DNA of 64,000 nt from Vicinamibacteria bacterium. Lineage in GTDB: Bacteria > Acidobacteriota > Vicinamibacteria > Marinacidobacterales > Marinacidobacteraceae. The DNA lies in assembly GCA_963422395.1 (NCBI GenBank), contig OY729431.1:2592001-2656000 (forward strand), read 5' to 3'. The notes under the pieces are model-generated. The model was not told the DNA's origin and ran no database searches. It saw only the letters and a program-made list of their open reading frames with translations. Below are positions 9,995 through 21,153 of the stretch, in pieces; position 1 is the first letter of the stretch; every line of letters starts with the position of its first letter. A program made the position numbers and the translations under genes.

Positions 9995-11059
9995 TCAGCC
10001 CCGTTGGAACCGGATCACCAGCACCTCCCCGTCCTTGACCGGATAGTCCCTGCCCTCGAGCCGGAGAGCTCCGCGCTTCCGGGCGGCGTCCCATGAGCCG
10101 CACGCCACCAGGGTGTCGTACGGGACGATCTCGGCGCGGATGAAGCCGCGCTCCATATCGGAGTGGATGACTCCGGCAGCTTCCTGCGCCCGCGTGTTAC
10201 GGCGGATCAGCCAGGCGCGCGACTCGGTGTCCCCGGCGGTATAGAAGGTGGCGCGGTCCATCAGGGCGAAGATGGCCCGGACGACGCGCCGGGCGGCGCC
10301 TGCATCGACTCCCAGGTCCCGGCGGAAGGCTGCCGCATCCTCCTCCGGGAGTTCTCCGATTTCCGCTTCGATCCGGGCCGATACGACCGCGAGCCTCGTT
10401 TCGGGCCGGCCGGCAGGAGTTTCGAACCCCGGCCAGCTCGCGGGGTCCCTGCCGGCTTCGGTCTCGCCGGCATTCACGACGACCAGTTGCGGCTTGGCGC
10501 TCATCAGCCCGTAGCCGGCCAGCCGCTTCCGCTCGGCAGCCGAGAGCGCCTCTCGCAGGGGGACCTCCGCCTCCACCGATTTTCGGGTTCGATCCAGCAG
10601 CTCGCGTTCCCCCCGAACCGCCTCCGGTTTGCCGCGCGCGCGGTCGCGGTCCAGGCGGGCGATCCGCTTTTCGAGAACCGCGAGGTCCGCAACCAGCAGC
10701 TCCAACTCCAGGTTCGCGGCATCCCGGGCCGGATCTACCGAATCGAAGGGCGAGGGGACGGTCGGATCCTCGAACGCGCGCACCACATGGACGATCGCGT
10801 CCACCTCGCGGAGGGCGGCCAGATTTTCCGTCTGTCCGCCGGCTCCGCGCCGGAGAGCGGGAAGGAGCACCACCTCGACGGTGGCGGGAGTGGTCTTCCT
10901 CGACTGGTGCAGGCGCGCCAAGGTCTCCAGCCGTTCGTCGGGGACCGACAGCACCCCCCGCCTCGCGCCGGCCGCGAAGCCGGCGTCAGCGATCCGGGTC
11001 AGGAGCGTGAAGAGGGTCTTCTTGCCGGAAGCGGCGAAGCCAACGATTCCGGCGCGCAC
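9995..11059 (-). CDS. ychF: YchF/Obg-like ATPase with degenerate G motifs
   Basis: VPDERL, AIVHVVRAFED, ESRAW, AAGVIHSDMERGFIRAE and RLEGRDY..DGE motifs. The P-loop reads GFAASGKKT. Confidence 0.9.
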   Translation of the reverse strand: MRAGIVGFAASGKKTLFTLLTRIADAGFAAGARRGVLSVPDERLETLARLHQSRKTTPATVEVVLLPALRRGAGGQTENLAALREVDAIVHVVRAFEDPTVPSPFDSVDPARDAANLELELLVADLAVLEKRIARLDRDRARGKPEAVRGERELLDRTRKSVEAEVPLREALSAAERKRLAGYGLMSAKPQLVVVNAGETEAGRDPASWPGFETPAGRPETRLAVVSARIEAEIGELPEEDAAAFRRDLGVDAGAARRVVRAIFALMDRATFYTAGDTESRAWLIRRNTRAQEAAGVIHSDMERGFIRAEIVPYDTLVACGSWDAARKRGALRLEGRDYPVKDGEVLVIRFQRG

Positions 11060-11164
11060 AGAACGGGCATCCTACCTACCGGCCCGAATGGGCGCGGCAG
11101 GCTCCGATCCCCTGGACCGCGCTCCCGGAAGCACCACGGAAACAGCAAGCTGGAAGCGCAGTCC

Positions 11165-13096
11165 TCAGAGATCCAGGGCGGCGGGGTCGGGGGCGCCCGC
11201 TTCGATGAGGAGGCGGCGCGCTTGGGGGTCCTTCCCCATGAGGGAGACGATGAAGTCGTCCGCGCTGCGCCGGTCGGGGATCTCCACGCGCAGCAGGCTG
11301 CGGGTCTCGGGGTTCAGAGTGGTGTCCCAGAGCACCTGGGGCGGCATTTCGCCGAGACCCTTGAAACGGGTGATGACCGGCGGCTTGCCGGTCCGCGCCC
11401 GGGTCTCGAGGACCGCTTCTTTCGCGGCCTCGTCGGCGGCCCAGTGCGTCTTCCCCCCGAGCTCGAGCCGGTAGAGCGGCGGCTGGGCGACGAAGACCCG
11501 CCGCGCCTCGAGGAGCTTCCAGAGGAACTTCACGAAGTAGGCGAGCAGCAGCGTGGTGATGTGGTGGCCGTCGGCGTCGGCATCGGCGAGCAGCACCACC
11601 CGCCGGTAGCGAAGCCGGTCGGGATCGCAGTCTTCACCCGTCCCACAGCCGAGCGCCAGCGCGATGTTGCGGAGTTCTGCATTCCCTTCGACCTTCTTCG
11701 GGCTCGCCTGGACGGCGTTCAGGATCTTGCCGCGGAGCGGCAGGACCGCCTGCCGCATCCGGTCGCGCCCCTGTTTCGCCGACCCTCCTGCCGAATCCCC
11801 CTCGACGATGAAGATCTCGGTTTCCTCCGGGTTGCGGAGGGCGCAGTCGCTGAGCTTCCCGGGCAGGACGCTTCTCGTCCGCAATTCCGCCTTCCGCGCC
11901 ACCGCCGCCGAGGCCGCCCGCGAAGCCTCCCGCGCGCGGGCGGCGAGCAGCACCCGGCCCGCGATCCGCTCGGCGGCGGTGGGCGACTGGTTGAGCCAAC
12001 GTTCGAGCTCGATCCGCACTGCGCCGAGAACCGGCGCCCGCACTTCGGGATTGTTCAGCCGGTCCTTCGTCTGCCCCTGGAACTGGGGGTTCGGGAGGAA
12101 CACGCTGAGGATCGCCAGGACGCCCTCGCGCACATCCTCGGCCGCCACCGTGAGTCCCCGCGGGGTCAGCGAATGGGTCTCGAGGTAGTTGCGGACCGCT
12201 TTCGCCAGGCCTTCCCGCAGCCCGGCTTCGTGGGAGCCGCCGGCGCCGGTGGGAATCCCGTTCACGAAGCTGCGGAACTCCTCGCGCGGCGCTTCGGTCC
12301 AGCCGAGAACGAGTTCGAGCCGGCCTTCGCCGTCGAGGGGGTCGCGGCGCAGCTCGAAGGGGGCTTCGTGCGCCAGGGTGCGCTTCCGCTCCGTGATCAC
12401 CGCATCGAAGTAGTCGGCGAGGCCGCGCTGCTGCCGCCAGCTCTCGCGGACGCCGGCCGCCTCGTCGCGGAAGGTCAGGGTGAGGCCGCGGTGGAGGTAG
12501 CTGGCCTCCCGAAGCCGGGCGGCGATCCGCCGCGGGTCGGGCTTCGGGTCGGGGAAGATTCGGGGGTCGGGCAGGAAGGTGATCTCGGTACCGGTTCCGC
12601 TTCCCGGCCCGGTATCTTCCAGCCCTCCGAGCGGCTCGCCGCGGCGAAAGCGCATCGCCCACTCCCGCCGGCCGCGGCGCACCCGGGCGGTGAGCGAGGC
12701 GCTCAGCGCGTTCACCACCGACGCCCCCACTCCGTGGAGCCCGCCAGCGGCGTGGTACGCACCGCGGTCGAACTTCCCTCCGGCGTGGAGGGTGGTGAGG
12801 ATCACTTCGATCGCCGGCTTCCGCGAAGGCTGATGGAGGTCCACCGGGATCCCGCGCCCGTTGTCCCGAACCCGCACCGAGCCGTCGCGGTGGAGCGTCA
12901 CCTCGATGCTCGAGGCGTGGCCGTTCATCGCTTCGTCCACGCTGTTGTCGAGGATCTCCCAGACCAGGTGGTGCAAGCCGGCGGCGTCAGTTCCGCCGAT
13001 GTACATGGCGGGCCGCTTGCGCACCGCCGCGAGGCCCTCGAGAACGGTGATGTCGCGGGCGGTATAGGCGCCCTCGCGGGGGCGCTTCCCGCTCAC
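11165..13096 (-). CDS. parE: Type IIA topoisomerase subunit B, probably Topo IV ParE
   Basis: [54 protein letters not shown] and RFKGLGEM motifs. GTGA overlap with subunit A. parE versus gyrB is inferred. Confidence 0.85.
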   Translation of the reverse strand: MSGKRPREGAYTARDITVLEGLAAVRKRPAMYIGGTDAAGLHHLVWEILDNSVDEAMNGHASSIEVTLHRDGSVRVRDNGRGIPVDLHQPSRKPAIEVILTTLHAGGKFDRGAYHAAGGLHGVGASVVNALSASLTARVRRGRREWAMRFRRGEPLGGLEDTGPGSGTGTEITFLPDPRIFPDPKPDPRRIAARLREASYLHRGLTLTFRDEAAGVRESWRQQRGLADYFDAVITERKRTLAHEAPFELRRDPLDGEGRLELVLGWTEAPREEFRSFVNGIPTGAGGSHEAGLREGLAKAVRNYLETHSLTPRGLTVAAEDVREGVLAILSVFLPNPQFQGQTKDRLNNPEVRAPVLGAVRIELERWLNQSPTAAERIAGRVLLAARAREASRAASAAVARKAELRTRSVLPGKLSDCALRNPEETEIFIVEGDSAGGSAKQGRDRMRQAVLPLRGKILNAVQASPKKVEGNAELRNIALALGCGTGEDCDPDRLRYRRVVLLADADADGHHITTLLLAYFVKFLWKLLEARRVFVAQPPLYRLELGGKTHWAADEAAKEAVLETRARTGKPPVITRFKGLGEMPPQVLWDTTLNPETRSLLRVEIPDRRSADDFIVSLMGKDPQARRLLIEAGAPDPAALDL

Positions 13097-15423
13097 GGAA
13101 GCGGCTCGGGAAGCCGCACTTCCCGCCGCACACTCCCGAAGCCGGATTTGGTCACGAGCTGGCCGCGGCGGCCCCGGGCGCCGACCGGATAGCGGTTCGC
13201 GGCGATGAGCCGCGGCTGCCCGCCCCGGGTCACCGCCACCAGCGGTTCGTTCCGGCGGCGGGCGAGGCGGAAGCCGAGGACCTGGTCTCCTGGCCCGAGC
13301 TGGATCGCCTTCACCCCGAGCCCGGCGCCGGAGAGCAGATTCACCTCCTCCACATCGCAAAGGAGGACCTGGCCGTTGCGGGTCGCCAGGATGAGCGTCT
13401 CCTCGCCGCTGGTGAGCACGGCGCCGAGCACCTCGTCCCCGTCCTTCAGCCGTGCGAAGCGGCGCCCGTTGCGGTTCGAAGGCTCGGCGAATCCGTCGAG
13501 CCGGAAACGCAGCGCGTAGCCATTGCGGGTCAGCGCGATCGCATGGGACATCGCCGGCGAGCCGCTTTCGCCGCCGAGCGCCCGAGGATCGAGGCTTTCC
13601 AGGCTCACGATCCGTTCCCCGTCCCGGAACGCGAACATCTTCTGGACCGGATCTCCGTAGCCGGAGGTGGCCGGTGCCGAGGCGATCCGGGCGGTGAACG
13701 CAGTTCCGAAAGAGGAGAACAGGACGAATGCGGCCCGGGTGTTTCCGGGCGCGAGGGCCAGCACTTCATCTCCCTCGCGGAGCCGGAGCCTTTCGAGTTC
13801 GCGGACTTCGCGCTGCCGGCGGATCCAGCCGTCGCGGGTCAGGATCACCACCGCTTCCTCGGCGAACAGGAAGTCCGCTTCCGAGAAATCGGCCTCGCTG
13901 TCCGCACTGACGAACCCGGTGCGGCGCTCCTGGCCGGGGCGGGGGCGGTCCCGGACCTCCTCGAGTTCCCGGCGGACCAGGCCGGTGATCGCGGTGTCGC
14001 TCGCGAGGAGCCGTTCGACTTCGGCGAGCCGCTTCCGCCGCCGCTCCGTCTCTTCGAGGATCACCCGGATTTCGAGACGCGCGAGGCGGTAGATGCGCAG
14101 CTCGAGGATCGCGTCGGTCTGTTCCGCATCGAGCGGGAGCTCGGCCATGATGCTTCGCGCCGCGTCCCGTTTCCCGTCGGAAGCCCGCACGAGCGCCAGC
14201 ACCCGGTCGAGGACCTCGAAGACCGCAGCGAAACCGGCGAGCAGATGTAGCCGCGCCGACAGCTTGCGTCGCTCGTCCTCGAGCCGCCGGCGCACCACCT
14301 CCCGGCGGAAATCGAGGAAGTCGAGCAACAGCACCCGGAGCCCGACCCGCTCCGGCGCGCCTCCCGGCGAGCGGGCGAAACGCAGGCAGGTCAGGTCCAC
14401 CGGGACCGAGGACAGGAGCGGCGTACGCCGGTAGAGGAACGCGAGAACCTTCTTCGGGTCGACCTCCTTGCGCACCTCCAGCCGGATGCACACATCGTCG
14501 GTGGAGAGATCGCTCACCTCGAGGAGTGCCGGCAGCGAACGGTCGGCGACGATCTCGCCGAGCCGCTGGACCAGCTGCGCCTTGTTCGCCCCGTAGGGGA
14601 TCGAGGTGATGTGGAGGGTTCGCACCTGGCGGCGCACCCCCAGGTCCTCGACCGTCCCCCGCACCCGGAGGGAACCCCGGCCTTCGGCGTAGATCGATTC
14701 GATCCGCTCCGGCGGGTCGAGGATCTCGCCGCCGGTGGGGAAATCCGGACCGCGGACGATCCGGGCCAGCGCCCGGGAATCGAGGCTTTCGTCGTCGAGC
14801 AGCGCGATCAGCGCGCGGACCACCTCGATCAGATTGTGCGGCGGGATGCTCGTCGCCACCCCCACGGCGATCCCGGTGGAGCCGTTGACCAGCAGCAGCG
14901 GCAGCCGGGTCGGGAGCACGACCGGCTCGGTCCGCGAACCATCGTAGGTCGGGCGATGCGGCACGGTCTCGGCGGCGATCTCCCCGAGAACCTCCTCGGC
15001 GGACGCCGCCAGCCGGCACTCGGTGTAACGCATCGCGGCGGGGGGATCCCCGTCGAGCGAGCCGAAGTTGCCGGCGCCCTCGATCAGGGGCAGCCGCGAG
15101 GTGAATGGCTGCGCCATGCGGACGAGCGCCTCGTAGATGGCCGCGTCGCCGTGGGGGTGATACGCACCCATCACATCGCCGACCACCTTGGCGCATTTGC
15201 GGAATCGTCCCGAGACGCCGGGGCCCTGCCGCCACATGGTGGTGAGGATCCGGCGCTGCACCGGCTTGAGACCGTCCCGGACATCGGGCAGCGCCCGGCT
15301 CCCGATCACCGAGAGCGCATAGATCCGGTAGCGGTCGCCGGTCACCTCCCGGAGGTCCACCGGCGCCGCTCCCGCCTCCGGATTCCCGTCCCACGAGAGG
15401 ATCGAGCGATCCTTGCGGCCCAT
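13093..15423 (-). CDS. parC: Type IIA topoisomerase subunit A, probably Topo IV ParC
   Basis: [22 protein letters not shown], catalytic [15 protein letters not shown] and beta-pinwheel CTD repeats. No GyrA-box seen at the CTD start. Confidence 0.85.
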   Translation of the reverse strand: MGRKDRSILSWDGNPEAGAAPVDLREVTGDRYRIYALSVIGSRALPDVRDGLKPVQRRILTTMWRQGPGVSGRFRKCAKVVGDVMGAYHPHGDAAIYEALVRMAQPFTSRLPLIEGAGNFGSLDGDPPAAMRYTECRLAASAEEVLGEIAAETVPHRPTYDGSRTEPVVLPTRLPLLLVNGSTGIAVGVATSIPPHNLIEVVRALIALLDDESLDSRALARIVRGPDFPTGGEILDPPERIESIYAEGRGSLRVRGTVEDLGVRRQVRTLHITSIPYGANKAQLVQRLGEIVADRSLPALLEVSDLSTDDVCIRLEVRKEVDPKKVLAFLYRRTPLLSSVPVDLTCLRFARSPGGAPERVGLRVLLLDFLDFRREVVRRRLEDERRKLSARLHLLAGFAAVFEVLDRVLALVRASDGKRDAARSIMAELPLDAEQTDAILELRIYRLARLEIRVILEETERRRKRLAEVERLLASDTAITGLVRRELEEVRDRPRPGQERRTGFVSADSEADFSEADFLFAEEAVVILTRDGWIRRQREVRELERLRLREGDEVLALAPGNTRAAFVLFSSFGTAFTARIASAPATSGYGDPVQKMFAFRDGERIVSLESLDPRALGGESGSPAMSHAIALTRNGYALRFRLDGFAEPSNRNGRRFARLKDGDEVLGAVLTSGEETLILATRNGQVLLCDVEEVNLLSGAGLGVKAIQLGPGDQVLGFRLARRRNEPLVAVTRGGQPRLIAANRYPVGARGRRGQLVTKSGFGSVRREVRLPEPLP

Positions 15424-15553
15424 ACCTTCAGTAGCCGGTCGTGCAGCTCGGCGCGCGAAGATGGATGCCGGGGAAGAGTTGCCCCACCCCCGCGGAGAAG
15501 GGCGGAGAGAACCGCGGCAGCAGTTCGCCCCGAGGAGATCCCGAACGGCGAGA

Positions 15554-15943
15554 ATGGGCGCCGTGATGAACCGGCGGGTCCCGGGGCTCGTCCTCCTCGG
15601 CGTTTCGCTCGGCGCCCTGGCCACATCCGGCCTGTCCGACCGGGCGTTCGCTGCCGCGCCCGGGCTGTCGCTCTGCGGTTTCCAGGCGCTGGTCGGCCTG
15701 CCCTGCCCTCTCTGCGGCGGAGTGCGAGCCAGTGCAGCGCTCGGCGCCGGCGCGTTCGGCGAGGCGCTCTTCTGGAACCCGGCGGTGGCCCTCGGTCATG
15801 GCGCGCTCCTGCTGACCGGTTCTCTGCTCGTGCTCGGCCGAGAGCCGCCCTGGCTCGAATCGGAGCGCCAACCGATGGTGATGCGGTCTGCGGCGCTCGT
15901 CCTGCTGGCCAACTGGATCTACCTGATCATCGTCGGCCGTTAG
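15554..15943 (+). CDS. DUF2752-family small membrane protein
   Basis: C-x-F-x4-G-x-PCPxCG-x-R...A..WNP pattern plus TM segments. Start at 15554 or 15566. Confidence 0.8.
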   Translation: MGAVMNRRVPGLVLLGVSLGALATSGLSDRAFAAAPGLSLCGFQALVGLPCPLCGGVRASAALGAGAFGEALFWNPAVALGHGALLLTGSLLVLGREPPWLESERQPMVMRSAALVLLANWIYLIIVGR

Positions 15944-15993
15944 CTGTGCAAGCTCACCAGGTTGTTCAGGGGGAAGTCGAGCGCCTGGACCCG

Positions 15994-16737
15994 TCACGCG
16001 TCCTCCACGCCGCGGGCCGCGCCCCGCGGGCCGAAGATCGCCGTTCCGACGCGGATGGTGGTCGCTCCCTCGGCGAGGGCCGCTTCGTAGTCGCGGCTCA
16101 TGCCCATCGAGAGTTCCGGTTCCGGCGGCAGGAAGCCGCGCTCGGAAAACCGCTCGCCGAGAGCCCGAAGCCTGGCGAACCAGGGGCGGGCGGCTTCGGG
16201 ATCGGACTCGAAGGGCGGGATCAGCATCAGCCCCGCCAGCCGGATTCCCGAAAGCCCGGCCATCCCGGCGAGCGCCTCTCCGAGCGCAGCTTCGGGAATC
16301 CCGAACTTGGAAGCCTCCCCGGCGAGATCCACCTGCGCGAACACCCGGATCGGCCCCTCCGAGTTCGGGGGGGTTCCCTCGGCGGCCATCCGGCTGAGCC
16401 GGGCGGCGAGTGCCGCGCTGTCCACCGATTGGATCACCGGGAAGAGACGGGCAGCGAGCCGCGCCTTGTTGCTCTGCAGATGACCGATCAGATGGGGAGT
16501 GATCGCGGCCCGCACCGCAGACAGTTTGGCAGCTGCTTCCTGGATCCGGTTCTCGCCGAAGTCGGTGATGCCGAGCTCGGCGGCCGCTTCGATGTCGCGG
16601 ACGGCTCGGGTCTTGGAGACCGCGACCAGCCGCACGCCGGCCGGATCCCTCCCCGCCCGGCGGCAGGCCTCCCCGATCCGGTCCCGCACCGCCGCGATTC
16701 GTTCGGCCAGCGGCGGCTGTTTCTCACCGGCGGTCAT
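15994..16737 (-). CDS. yggS: PLP homeostasis protein YggS
   Basis: LVAVSKT, FGENRIQE, HLIGHLQSNK, LSMGMS and IRVGTAIFG motifs; ATGA overlap with the helicase stop. Confidence 0.95.
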   Translation of the reverse strand: MTAGEKQPPLAERIAAVRDRIGEACRRAGRDPAGVRLVAVSKTRAVRDIEAAAELGITDFGENRIQEAAAKLSAVRAAITPHLIGHLQSNKARLAARLFPVIQSVDSAALAARLSRMAAEGTPPNSEGPIRVFAQVDLAGEASKFGIPEAALGEALAGMAGLSGIRLAGLMLIPPFESDPEAARPWFARLRALGERFSERGFLPPEPELSMGMSRDYEAALAEGATTIRVGTAIFGPRGAARGVEDA

Positions 16738-18797
16738 GGAAGCGACCTCAGGAAATCCGTCGCTTCCTCCAAATCGGTGATCGAAGGAAAAGGAGGCAGC
16801 AAAGCGCGGATGCGGCGCCCGTAGCCGGTTCGGTGGAGGCGCGAGTCGAGAACTGCGGCGAGGCCCCGGTCCCGCCGGGAGCGGATGAGCCGACCGAGTC
16901 CCTGTTTCAGCGTGAGCGCCGCCTGCGGTACCGAGTAGTTCGAGAAACCGTCGCCGGTGGCCGCCTCCGCCCGCTCGGCGCGCGCCTGGTGGAGCGGATC
17001 CGAGGGAACCGGAAACGGCAATTTGTCGATCACCAGCAGGGTCAGCGCGTCTCCCAGAACATCCACCCCCTCCCAGAAGGAGCGCACTCCGAGCAGCACC
17101 GCGTTCGGAGTGTTGCGGAAGGTATCGAGCAGCGCCGCGTGCCCGCCGCCGCGCTGCTGCCGCAGCAGCGGGAACGGGCATACCGGCTCGAGCGCCCGGC
17201 CGACCCGGTCGAGGTTCCCCCAGCTGGTGAACAGGATCAGTGCCCGGCCCCGGCTGGCCCGCACCAGCGCGTCCACCTGGGCGGCGACCGCTTCTCCGAA
17301 GCCCGGTCCGCGGGGAGACACCAGATCGCGCGGCACATAGAGCCGGGCCTGTTCCGCGAACCGGAAGGGCGTGGGGAAGATGGCCTCGTCCGTCGTCTCC
17401 ACCCCGAGGGCATCCGCGGCGTAATCGAAACCCCCGTCGAGCGCCAAGGTGGCCGAAGTGAGAACGCAGGCTCTCATCTGCCCGAAGAGATGCGACTGCA
17501 GCTCCTTTCCCGGATGCACGGGTGCGGCATTCGCGAACCAGGTCCGCCGGGCTCCGTCGCTCCGGGCCCGGGGGCCGGAGGTCCGCTCCCCGCTCTCCTG
17601 GCGGAAGGCGCTCCAGTACACGAAGTCGGGGCGCGGCGTGAGCAGGGTGTGGAGTTCCCCGCGCAGCTCGGCGATCCGTTTCAGGAACCGGTCGCAGCCG
17701 GCCTTGCCGTCGTTGCCGTCATCCCCTTCGCTGCCGCCGGCTCCGGCGGGCGGAGAGCTCTTCGGGAGCCCTTCCCGAAGGTCGAAGAGGCCGCTTTCGA
17801 GGGTGTCGAGCGCCTGGGACACCGACTCCCCGGACTCGCGGGCCTCCTGGGGAAACCCCGCCGGATCGAGCAGCCGGGGGCCGTCCTCTCCGTCGGGAGC
17901 GAGGCTGTCGAAGAGTTCCCGCCAGGAGCGCCGTAGCCGCCGCACCGCCGGATGGGGCGGGCGGCCCGGAGCGGCTCGTTTCCAGAACTTGCCGAGGTCG
18001 GTCGCGAGCCGGTCGGCCATCGCCGAAGAAAGGGTGGTGGAGAGGCTGCTGGTGGCGGCGTTTTCGAGGCGGTGCGCTTCGTCGACGATCAGGTGGTCGT
18101 ATTCCGGAAGCACCCCGCCGTAGTCGGTCTGGCGCACGATCAGGTCGGCGACGAGCAGGTGGTGGTTCACGATCAGGATCTGGCTGGCGTGAGCCTGCTT
18201 GCGCAGCGTCGTCAGGTGGCACGAGTCGTAGAGCCCGCAGCGGCGGCCGATGCAGTTCTCGGAGATCGTGGAGACGCCCCTCCAGAAGTCGAGCGGTCCC
18301 GCGAGGCCGCGTATCTCGTCGCGGTCGCCGGTCCTGGTCTTTTCCGCCCAGCGCGCGATCTTTTCCAGATCGCCGCGGTGCGGGCGATGGAAGGGAAGCT
18401 CCGGCTGGTCCCGAAACTTCCCCCACTCCAGGCGGCACAGATAGTTCTCCCGTCCCTTCATCCGCGCCGCCGGAACCCGGCTTCCCAGGATCGCCTGCAG
18501 CTGCGGCAGATCCTTTTCGAAGAGCTGGTCCTGCAGGTTCCGCGTCGCCGTCGAGAGGACCACCCGCTTTCCGGAAAGAAGCGCCGGAAGCAGATACGCG
18601 AAGGACTTCCCGATCCCGGTTCCCGCCTCGACCATGAGCGCCCCTCCTCGGCGCAGCGTCTCCTCGACGCGGACCGCCATCTCCACTTGCCCTTCCCGGT
18701 GCTCGAAACCGGGGATCGCCTCGGCGAGCGCCCCGCCCGGCCGCAGGAAGGCGGCCGCCTGACTCCCTGCCGTCCGGTTCACCGCCGTTCGGTTCAC
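16734..18797 (-). CDS. DinG/YoaA-family Fe-S ATP-dependent DNA helicase
   Basis: REGQ Q-motif, EAGTGIGKS, four Cys for Fe-S (NYLC..C..C..C), DEAH, TSATL, SFWEGVD and QGLGRLIR. Start uncertain. Confidence 0.93.
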   Translation of the reverse strand: MNRTAVNRTAGSQAAAFLRPGGALAEAIPGFEHREGQVEMAVRVEETLRRGGALMVEAGTGIGKSFAYLLPALLSGKRVVLSTATRNLQDQLFEKDLPQLQAILGSRVPAARMKGRENYLCRLEWGKFRDQPELPFHRPHRGDLEKIARWAEKTRTGDRDEIRGLAGPLDFWRGVSTISENCIGRRCGLYDSCHLTTLRKQAHASQILIVNHHLLVADLIVRQTDYGGVLPEYDHLIVDEAHRLENAATSSLSTTLSSAMADRLATDLGKFWKRAAPGRPPHPAVRRLRRSWRELFDSLAPDGEDGPRLLDPAGFPQEARESGESVSQALDTLESGLFDLREGLPKSSPPAGAGGSEGDDGNDGKAGCDRFLKRIAELRGELHTLLTPRPDFVYWSAFRQESGERTSGPRARSDGARRTWFANAAPVHPGKELQSHLFGQMRACVLTSATLALDGGFDYAADALGVETTDEAIFPTPFRFAEQARLYVPRDLVSPRGPGFGEAVAAQVDALVRASRGRALILFTSWGNLDRVGRALEPVCPFPLLRQQRGGGHAALLDTFRNTPNAVLLGVRSFWEGVDVLGDALTLLVIDKLPFPVPSDPLHQARAERAEAATGDGFSNYSVPQAALTLKQGLGRLIRSRRDRGLAAVLDSRLHRTGYGRRIRALLPPFPSITDLEEATDFLRSLP

Positions 18798-18822
18798 CGC
18801 GACCCGCCGGCGCCCCTCCTCC

Positions 18823-20103
18823 TCACGCGGAGGCCGCGAGGTAGAGGGGGAAGCCCGAGGCGAGTTCGGCGGCATCTGCCGCGATCCGGGCGAGCGCCGC
18901 CGGATCGCCGACCGAGCGGAGAGCCCGGTCCAGGAGGCGCGCCACTTCGACCATTTCGGCTTCGCCCATCCCGCGCGTGGTGAGGGCCGCGGTTCCGAGC
19001 CGGATCCCGCTGGCGACCATGGGCTTTTCGGGATCGAAGGGGATCGTGTTCTTGTTCGCGGTGATGCCGGCGCGCTCGAGCACGACCTCGGCATCGCGCC
19101 CGGTGACGCCGCGAACCGAGACATCGAGCAGCACCAGATGGTTGTCGGTGCCGCCCGAAACCAGCCGAAAACCGAGCCCGGCGAGAGCCTCCGCGAGCTG
19201 CTTCGCGTTGGCGATCACCTGCCGGGCGTATGCGGCGAAAGCGGGATCGAGAGCCTCGCGGAAGCAGACCGCCTTGGCGGCGATCGTGTGCATCATCGGC
19301 CCGCCCTGGATTCCGGGAAAGGTGATCCGGTTGATCGCCTTTCCGTAGTCCTTCTCGTTCCAGAGAACGAGCCCGCCGCGCGGCCCGCGGAGCGTCTTGT
19401 GCGTGGTGGTGGTGACGATGTCCGAATACGGCAGCGGATTCGGGACGGCGCCCCCGGCGACCAGCCCCGCGATGTGGGCGATGTCGGTCACGACTTTCGC
19501 TCCGACTTCGTCGGCGATCTCGCGGATCTCCGCGCTCGGGAAGAGCCGCGGATAGGCGCTCGCGCCCACCATGATCATCTTCGGACGGTGTTCCCGGGCC
19601 AGCCGGCGCATGGCGTCCAGGTCGAGCCGTTCGTCCTCCCGGCGCACCCCGTAGGCGATCGGACGGTAGGACTGGCCCGAGAAGTTCAGCGGATGGCCGT
19701 GGGTCAGGTGGCCCCCCTGATCGAGCGCCATGCCCAGGAAACTGTCACCGGGATCGAGCAGCGCGAGGTAGGCGGCCATGTTGGCCTGCGAACCGCTGTG
19801 GGGCTGGACATTGGCGTAGTTCGCCGAGAAGAGCTTCTTGGCGCGGTTTCGAGCCAGCCGCTCCGCCTCGTCCACATGGGCGCAGCCGCCGTAGTACCGC
19901 CGCCCCGGATACCCCTCGGCGTACTTGTTCGTCATCACCGAGCCGGTGGCTTCCATCACCGCTTCGCTCGCGAAGTTCTCGGAGGCGATCAGCTCGAGGC
20001 CGCACGACTGGCGCACCTCCTCTGCCTGGATCGCGGCGGCGATATCGGGATCCCGATCGGCGAGGCGGGGCCCGAAAGGGCGGCGGGAGAAACGGATGGT
20101 CAA
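18823..20103 (-). CDS. glyA: Serine hydroxymethyltransferase
   Basis: [30 protein letters not shown] and [13 protein letters not shown] motifs; TTG start. Confidence 0.98.
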   Translation of the reverse strand: MTIRFSRRPFGPRLADRDPDIAAAIQAEEVRQSCGLELIASENFASEAVMEATGSVMTNKYAEGYPGRRYYGGCAHVDEAERLARNRAKKLFSANYANVQPHSGSQANMAAYLALLDPGDSFLGMALDQGGHLTHGHPLNFSGQSYRPIAYGVRREDERLDLDAMRRLAREHRPKMIMVGASAYPRLFPSAEIREIADEVGAKVVTDIAHIAGLVAGGAVPNPLPYSDIVTTTTHKTLRGPRGGLVLWNEKDYGKAINRITFPGIQGGPMMHTIAAKAVCFREALDPAFAAYARQVIANAKQLAEALAGLGFRLVSGGTDNHLVLLDVSVRGVTGRDAEVVLERAGITANKNTIPFDPEKPMVASGIRLGTAALTTRGMGEAEMVEVARLLDRALRSVGDPAALARIAADAAELASGFPLYLAASA

Positions 20104-20211
20104 GAGGAGAGAAAGCCCCGGGGCCGGCGCGAGTATAGGACCCGCGGAAGACCGGAAGCGCTCTGCCGCGGATCCCCCCGGACCGCTCTCCCGGAAGCGG
20201 CGGCCCGGAGG

Positions 20212-21153
20212 TCAGAAGAGATAGGCGGCGGCGAAGCCGACCTGCGCCGTCATCATCATCAGATACATGTGGCGCCAGGAAATGTGGTTGCTGTCGGTGG
20301 CGAGTTCCTCGGGGCGGCGCAGCATCAGCCAGGCGGTGAAGACGCCGTAGAGGCAGAGCCCGCCGCCGAGGAGGTCGAGGAGCAGCGGCTGGCCGGTCAG
20401 CACCCCCAGCCGCACCCCTGCGGGAAGGAGCAGGAAGGGCAGAACGAAGAAAGGAGCGATCCGCCAGGCAGCGCCCCGCGGGCCGTGAACCACCGGCAGC
20501 GTCCGGCAGCCTCCGGCACGGTCGCCGGCGATGTCCGAAAAATCCTTGGTGGTGGTGGCGCCGAGCAGGAACAGCCCGAAGATGAGTCCGAGGAACCAGG
20601 GTTCCGGCGCGAGCACGCTCTTCACCGCCGACCAGCCCGCCACCTTGAGCAGCACCCCCCGGGGAATCGCCACCGTCAGGTTGGCGAGCATCCCGAGCCT
20701 TTTGCTGCGCAGCGGTGGCGCCGAATAGATCCAGACGAACACGCTCGCAGCCAGCACGATCAGGAAACACTCCCGCCCGCCGGCGGGGTTCACGAACCAG
20801 GCGGCGGCGAGCGCGGCGAGCCAGCAGACCGCGGTGAACCAGCGGGCTTCGCCGAGCCCCAGCCGACCGGAGGGAAGCGGCCGTCCGGGCTTGACCACCC
20901 GGTCGATGTCGAGATCGCAGATCTGATTCAGCCCGTTGCTCGCGGCGTTCAGCGTCGCCGCCATGACCGCGCCGAGGAGCACGCCCGCCCAGGGAACGGC
21001 TTCGAGGCGGGGCGGAGCCCCGAACGCGGTGATGCTTCCGCTCAGGAAGCCGACCAGCGGAGGCAGCAGGGTGAACGGACGGGAGAACTCCAGGTACCGC
21101 GCCGCTCGCCGGAAGAGCGGCCGGATCACCCGATTCGGGCGGCCGGGAATCAT
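20212..21153 (-). CDS. UbiA-superfamily prenyltransferase (DGGGP-synthase/chlorophyll-synthase-like motifs)
   Basis: NQICDLDIDRVVKPGRPLPSG, YSAPPLR.K and KDFSDIAGD motifs; multiple TMs; ATGA overlap with DUF92. Confidence 0.9.
   Translation of the reverse strand: MIPGRPNRVIRPLFRRAARYLEFSRPFTLLPPLVGFLSGSITAFGAPPRLEAVPWAGVLLGAVMAATLNAASNGLNQICDLDIDRVVKPGRPLPSGRLGLGEARWFTAVCWLAALAAAWFVNPAGGRECFLIVLAASVFVWIYSAPPLRSKRLGMLANLTVAIPRGVLLKVAGWSAVKSVLAPEPWFLGLIFGLFLLGATTTKDFSDIAGDRAGGCRTLPVVHGPRGAAWRIAPFFVLPFLLLPAGVRLGVLTGQPLLLDLLGGGLCLYGVFTAWLMLRRPEELATDSNHISWRHMYLMMMTAQVGFAAAYLF

Noticed and set aside
18771-18800. 15-bp tandem duplication (AVNRT x2) at the helicase start
   Set aside because: An in-frame micro-duplication that only makes the start codon ambiguous.
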